Source: Candidatus Micrarchaeota archaeon
GTDB lineage: Archaea > B1Sed10-29 > B47-G15
Assembly (NCBI GenBank): GCA_003660975.1
Contig: QMVG01000016.1
Location: 1 to 10,413, forward strand
Direction: 5' to 3'
DNA: 10,413 bases
A model generated the notes under the pieces. It was not told where the DNA came from. It worked only from the letters and a program-made list of their open reading frames with translations, and searched no databases. Made by a program: the position numbers and the translations under genes. This document shows, piece by piece, positions 7,065 through 10,413 of this stretch (within the stretch, counting starts at the first letter, position 1; the number at the start of each line of letters is the position of its first letter).

Positions 7065-7748
7065 ATGAAAATCGAATTATCAGAGATTGCCGAGAGCCGC
7101 GATTGGAAATCTATTATTACTGATATAGTTACAAAAGAAAAGATGAATCCCTGGGACATTGATATATCCTTGCTGACCGAGAATTACATAAGGACCATAA
7201 AGAAAAGGAAGACGCTAAACCTCCGTATACCTGCAACAGCAATGCTGGTAGCCAGCATATTGTTAAGGTATAAAAGCGAGGCCTTTAAATTAAAAGAGGA
7301 GGAAAATGAGTTAATATTCTACATTCCTGATGAAATTTACACAGAGCCGGTGATACCTGAGCTAGAGCCAATAATAAGGCCCACAACAAGAAGGATATCA
7401 TTGGAAGAGCTCCTGTCAGCCATAGAAGACGCAATAAAGAAAGAAACAAGGAAGAGAACAAAAAAAGCAAGGGTAATTGAGAAGTTAGTGCCAGAAAATC
7501 TCATAGAGATTGTTGAGAGGAGAGAGGATTTCAAGCAATTGCTGGATAACGTTTACAAAAAAGTCCTTAGTACCGTTGATTCAAATAATTTAACTGCGCT
7601 TTCAAATATATTGGAGGAAAAAGAGAAAACAGCTTTTATAGAAACATTCATTCCTCTACTACATCTTGCTAATGAAGGCAAGCTTTATTTATGGCAGGAA
7701 AAGGTTTTTGACGAAGTTTTCATAAAAGTTCCGAATGGTGAGCAGTAA
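7065..7748 (+). CDS. scpA: Segregation and condensation protein A (kleisin)
   Basis: N-terminal 'MNPWDIDISLLTENY' and 'ASILLRYKSE', central 'RRISLEELL', C-terminal winged helix 'FIPLLHLANEGKLYLWQEKVFDEVFI'. Directly followed by scpB. Confidence 0.9.
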   Translation: MKIELSEIAESRDWKSIITDIVTKEKMNPWDIDISLLTENYIRTIKKRKTLNLRIPATAMLVASILLRYKSEAFKLKEEENELIFYIPDEIYTEPVIPELEPIIRPTTRRISLEELLSAIEDAIKKETRKRTKKARVIEKLVPENLIEIVERREDFKQLLDNVYKKVLSTVDSNNLTALSNILEEKEKTAFIETFIPLLHLANEGKLYLWQEKVFDEVFIKVPNGEQ

Positions 7749-8242
7749 TGAAAAAACTCGCAGAAGCAGCTTTATTTATGGCTTCCCAGCCACTCACATT
7801 AGATGAGCTTACTAAGGTTATGGGGGCATCTTCTTTTGCTGAGAGCTTGAAAGTGCTGGACGACCTTATTAACGAATACAAGAAAAGAGACTCCGCAATA
7901 GAGATTGTAAAGACAAAAGACAACAGATATCACATGCGAGTCAAGCTAGATTATGCTGACAAGGTTTCTCACTTGGCGTTGTCTCCTGACTTTTCCAAGG
8001 CAGTGCTTAGGACATTGGGTTTAATAGCTGTCAAGCAACCAGTGAAGCAATCTATTGTTGTAAGGATAATAGGAAACAAGGCATACAATTACATAAAGGA
8101 ACTGGTTGATAGGGGTTTTGTTAAAGCTAAAAAAAGCGGCTCTACAAAGGTATTAACAGTCACTCCATTATTTGAGGACTACTTTGGAAAGGACATAGAG
8201 TCAATAAAGAAAAGTTTAAAGCTCTCCAAGGATGATGTCTGA
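7748..8242 (+). CDS. scpB: Segregation and condensation protein B (kite)
   Basis: 'EAALFMASQPLT', 'SKAVLRTLGLIAVKQPVKQS', 'YIKELVDRGFV', 'VTPLFEDYFG'. TAATG stop/start overlap with scpA. Confidence 0.92.
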   Translation: MKKLAEAALFMASQPLTLDELTKVMGASSFAESLKVLDDLINEYKKRDSAIEIVKTKDNRYHMRVKLDYADKVSHLALSPDFSKAVLRTLGLIAVKQPVKQSIVVRIIGNKAYNYIKELVDRGFVKAKKSGSTKVLTVTPLFEDYFGKDIESIKKSLKLSKDDV

Positions 8243-9421
8243 ATTCTCATAATACTGTTCTATTACCAATGAGACCTTGTCGAAGTCATACACATCGTTT
8301 TTAAGAAGTTTTTCCAATATCTTCCTCTTCTCTTCTATTTCCTTGTTAATTGCTGATATCTCAACCCCACTCAGCTTTGCGAGAATCTCTATTTTAGCAG
8401 AAGGCGTTGAGCTCCTTTTGCAGCTGTCTTTCTTTGGGTTATATGCAAATAGTGTGTTAAATGACACAGAATTACCTGATTTTTGAACTTCCACTATTTC
8501 TGTTATTCTCCTCTTAATTCTGTCTCTATCCCTTATGTTCTGCTGTACTATTATGAGGTCAACCAAATGGAGCATATTTTCAGGGACAGACATTGGCTCC
8601 CCCATAAGTCTCGCAATACAGTCTCTGGGCGAATTTGCGTGCATAGTTCCCATTGCCGAATGGCCCACGTTCATTGCGTTAAATAATGTTTTTGCTTCCT
8701 CTCCCCTTATCTCTCCAAGCAACAACCTGTCTGGCCTCATCCTTAGTGCGTTCTCTAACAACATGTTCATTGTCATTGCTTTTCCCTTTGGATTTGGGTG
8801 ATACTCCATCCTAACAATGTTTTTTCTTTTGCCAAAGTAGATTTCCAGAGGGTCCTCTATGCTGATTATCCTCTCCTGCTGTGGTATAAATGAAACAAGG
8901 GCAGTCAAGGTGCTTGTTTTTCCACTTCCTGCTCCGCCAACAATGAGAATGTTAAATGGATAATCTTTTCTACCTTCAACCGCAGTCCATAAAAAAGCAG
9001 CCATCTCAGTAGTCATCGTTCCTTTTTTTATCAGGTCAATGATTGAGAGAGGGTTTCTATTGAACTTTCTTATTGTAATTACAGGTCCGTCTGGCGTTAT
9101 TGGAGGGATCGTGATATTTATTCTTGAGCCGTCATGCAATCGGGAATCTAAAAATGGGTGCTGGCTGTTTAGTTTTTCTCCACGCTGTTTAGCAAAATCG
9201 CTTATGTATTTCATGAGTGTTTTAGCATCTAATTTGAGATTTGTTTCACACATACCAAATTCCTTATGGTAGACGATAACAGGGGCATTTGCCTTGTTTA
9301 TCATAATCTCTTCAAGGGAAGGGTCTTCCAAAAGCACTTCTATAGACGGTCTGCTCATCACATAATGTTTCATTGGTTTTTTATCAACAATTCTGATTGT
9401 TGAATCTATGTGCTTCACCAT
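8216..9421 (-). CDS. Type II/IV secretion or type IV pilus assembly ATPase (CpaF/VirB11/FlaI family)
   Basis: 'LLEDPSLEEIMIN', 'DSRLHDGSRIN', 'ITIRKF', Walker A 'GGAGSGKTS', Asp box 'SIEDPLE', Walker B 'LRMRPDRLLLGEIRGEEA', His box 'GHSAMGTMHA'. Strong SD GGAGAGGA at 9426-9433. Its 3' end overlaps scpB by 27 nt. Confidence 0.92.
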   Translation of the reverse strand: MVKHIDSTIRIVDKKPMKHYVMSRPSIEVLLEDPSLEEIMINKANAPVIVYHKEFGMCETNLKLDAKTLMKYISDFAKQRGEKLNSQHPFLDSRLHDGSRINITIPPITPDGPVITIRKFNRNPLSIIDLIKKGTMTTEMAAFLWTAVEGRKDYPFNILIVGGAGSGKTSTLTALVSFIPQQERIISIEDPLEIYFGKRKNIVRMEYHPNPKGKAMTMNMLLENALRMRPDRLLLGEIRGEEAKTLFNAMNVGHSAMGTMHANSPRDCIARLMGEPMSVPENMLHLVDLIIVQQNIRDRDRIKRRITEIVEVQKSGNSVSFNTLFAYNPKKDSCKRSSTPSAKIEILAKLSGVEISAINKEIEEKRKILEKLLKNDVYDFDKVSLVIEQYYENSDIILGEL

Positions 9422-9447
9422 TAAATCCTCTCCTTTCCTTTTTTGGT

Positions 9448-9485
9448 GTTATTCTAAAATAAAAAGCTTTGATAAAAAGAATAAC
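9448..9485. promoter_or_regulatory. Interrupted 38-bp palindrome (candidate operator) upstream of the secretion ATPase
   Basis: GTTATTCT (9448-9455) and AGAATAAC (9478-9485) are perfect inverted arms. The palindrome AAAGCTTT (9463-9470) shares the same centre. It overlaps a minus-strand TTTTTATTTT TATA-like run (9456-9465). Confidence 0.5.
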
Positions 9486-9515
9486 CACTTTTGAGTTACA
9501 ATTTTTCCCAAAAGC

Positions 9516-9533
9516 AGAAAAAAGTGAAAAATA
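9516..9533 (-). terminator. Putative archaeal oligo-T terminator after the nucleotidyltransferase gene
   Basis: Minus strand ATTTTTCACTTTTTTCT begins about 30 nt after the TGA stop at 9566-9564. Confidence 0.35.
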
Positions 9534-9563
9534 TTTCAACACAGCTCCTTTACTGCCAAGAAC

Positions 9564-10412
9564 TCAGTGCTGTTTCTTACTTATCCTAAATCTCCTTAAC
9601 ATTTCCTCATATGTGGGGGGCACAGTAAGTAACAGGGCAGCATACTCAGCCTCCCTCTTATTTAGATCTAGTCTTTCCCCCGCTTTTTCCCATATTTGCT
9701 GTTGATGGGCAATCTCCCACCTGACTTCCTCCCACTCTTTTTTGCTTACTCTCAGTAATGCTTCTCTCTGCAGGGCTCTCAACTTCTTGTGGTTTCCAAA
9801 GAAAAGCCCAGAGAACAAACGAGAAATATCTTCAATATTCTCTGCATTGATGCTTCCGATATAATGCTCATGACAAGGCTTCAACCCTTCTTTCTCCAAA
9901 AGGCGCCTAAATTCACTCGCAACCTCTTTATTCTTGGCTATTATGGCATAATCCACATCACTCTCTTTTGTCATATAGCCTTTTTCAGTACTGCCAAAGA
10001 CAACGAAACCAACAAACTTGTCTTTAAATTTCCTTCTAAGCTCCCTTTCAACCTTGTGCAGTTTTTCAATTCTCTCTGCGATTGCTTTTCTATCAGGCGT
10101 AGCAAAAAGGCGCTTCTGAGTCATCATAATCTCTCCAGAGCGGTTACGTTTGGAGAGTTCTTTCATAATCATTTCCTTGACCTGTATCTCCTCCACTTCG
10201 TTCAACACCTCTCTCAACACCTTCTCATCAACCCCTCTTTTAATTAACTCCCTAGCAGCAACCTCTCTAACAACTCGACTATCATTCCTCAACATCTCCT
10301 TCAACACTTCCTTATCCACCCCCCTCCTAACTAACTCCTCAGCAGCAACTTCTCTAACAGCCCAACTATCATTCTTTAACATCTCCTTCAACACCTTCTC
10401 ATCAGCTCTCTT
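9564..10412 (-). CDS. HEAT-like repeat protein fused to a C-terminal Pol-beta-superfamily (MNT-like) nucleotidyltransferase domain; 5' truncated by window edge
   Basis: The frame stays open past the ORF-track start to the window edge (KRADEK-VLKEML...). NTase signature 'FVVFGSTEKGYMTKESDVDYAII' (hGS-x9-DhD). N-terminal 29-aa repeats such as 'KEMLKNDSWAVREVAAEELVRRGVDKEVL'. Confidence 0.8.
   Translation of the reverse strand, partial: KRADEKVLKEMLKNDSWAVREVAAEELVRRGVDKEVLKEMLRNDSRVVREVAARELIKRGVDEKVLREVLNEVEEIQVKEMIMKELSKRNRSGEIMMTQKRLFATPDRKAIAERIEKLHKVERELRRKFKDKFVGFVVFGSTEKGYMTKESDVDYAIIAKNKEVASEFRRLLEKEGLKPCHEHYIGSINAENIEDISRLFSGLFFGNHKKLRALQREALLRVSKKEWEEVRWEIAHQQQIWEKAGERLDLNKREAEYAALLLTVPPTYEEMLRRFRISKKQH
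10214..10412 (-). repeat. 87-bp (29-aa) coding tandem repeat, at least 2.3 copies in window
   Basis: TCAACACCTTCTCATCA at 10214 and 10388 and TCAACACTTCCTTATCC at 10301 give an exact 87-nt period. The encoded units are HEAT/PBS-lyase-like (D..VR..AA..L). Confidence 0.9.
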
Positions 10413-10413
10413 A

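Noticed and set aside
9384-9542. 52-codon minus-strand ORF (MLKYFSLFSAFGKNC...) after an AAGGAG, one base out of frame with the ATPase across an A6 run
   Set aside because: Low-complexity translation of T-rich intergenic DNA. The ATPase has its own strong SD and ATG, and the peptide does not resemble a missing ATPase N-terminus, so a frameshift extension is unsupported.
9469-10247. Plus-strand ORFs 9469-9705 and 9789-10247
   Set aside because: Antisense to the nucleotidyltransferase gene, with no recognisable features.
10392-10394. GTG start for the last gene, as in the ORF track
   Set aside because: The frame is open to the window edge and the codon is an internal Val of a repeat unit, so the true start lies outside the window.
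10214-10412. 87-bp periodic repeat considered as a CRISPR array
   Set aside because: The whole unit repeats with no unique spacers, the period is a multiple of 3 and it encodes in-frame HEAT-like repeats.

Overview
Archaeal genomic DNA, most consistent with a DPANN-type archaeon such as Micrarchaeota or Diapherotrites. The lineage is inferred from gene content and promoter style, not proven. The left ~1.46 kb is a markedly AT-rich accessory block: the 3' end of an upstream gene, a GNAT acetyltransferase and an AlkD-like DNA alkylation repair gene. The last two are each followed by a related, GC-richer degenerate repeat with attC-like features. The core block holds a DedA/VTT membrane protein (+), then an XPD/Rad3 Fe-S helicase (-), a 52-aa CPxC zinc-ribbon microprotein (-) missed by the ORF track and a form III RuBisCO (-). 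RuBisCO is divergent from a KaiC-like ATPase, a UbiA/DGGGP synthase and scpA-scpB (+). These converge on an orphan CpaF/VirB11-like secretion ATPase (-) with an apparently shortened N-terminus. Upstream of it is a 5'-truncated gene fusing 29-aa HEAT-like tandem repeats to a Pol-beta-type nucleotidyltransferase domain (-). The most notable items are the HEAT-repeat/nucleotidyltransferase gene next to the orphan ATPase with a 38-bp dyad between them, the cassette-like repeats, the zinc-finger microprotein and the RuBisCO/KaiC divergon. All family calls come from motif recognition by eye; no searches were run.
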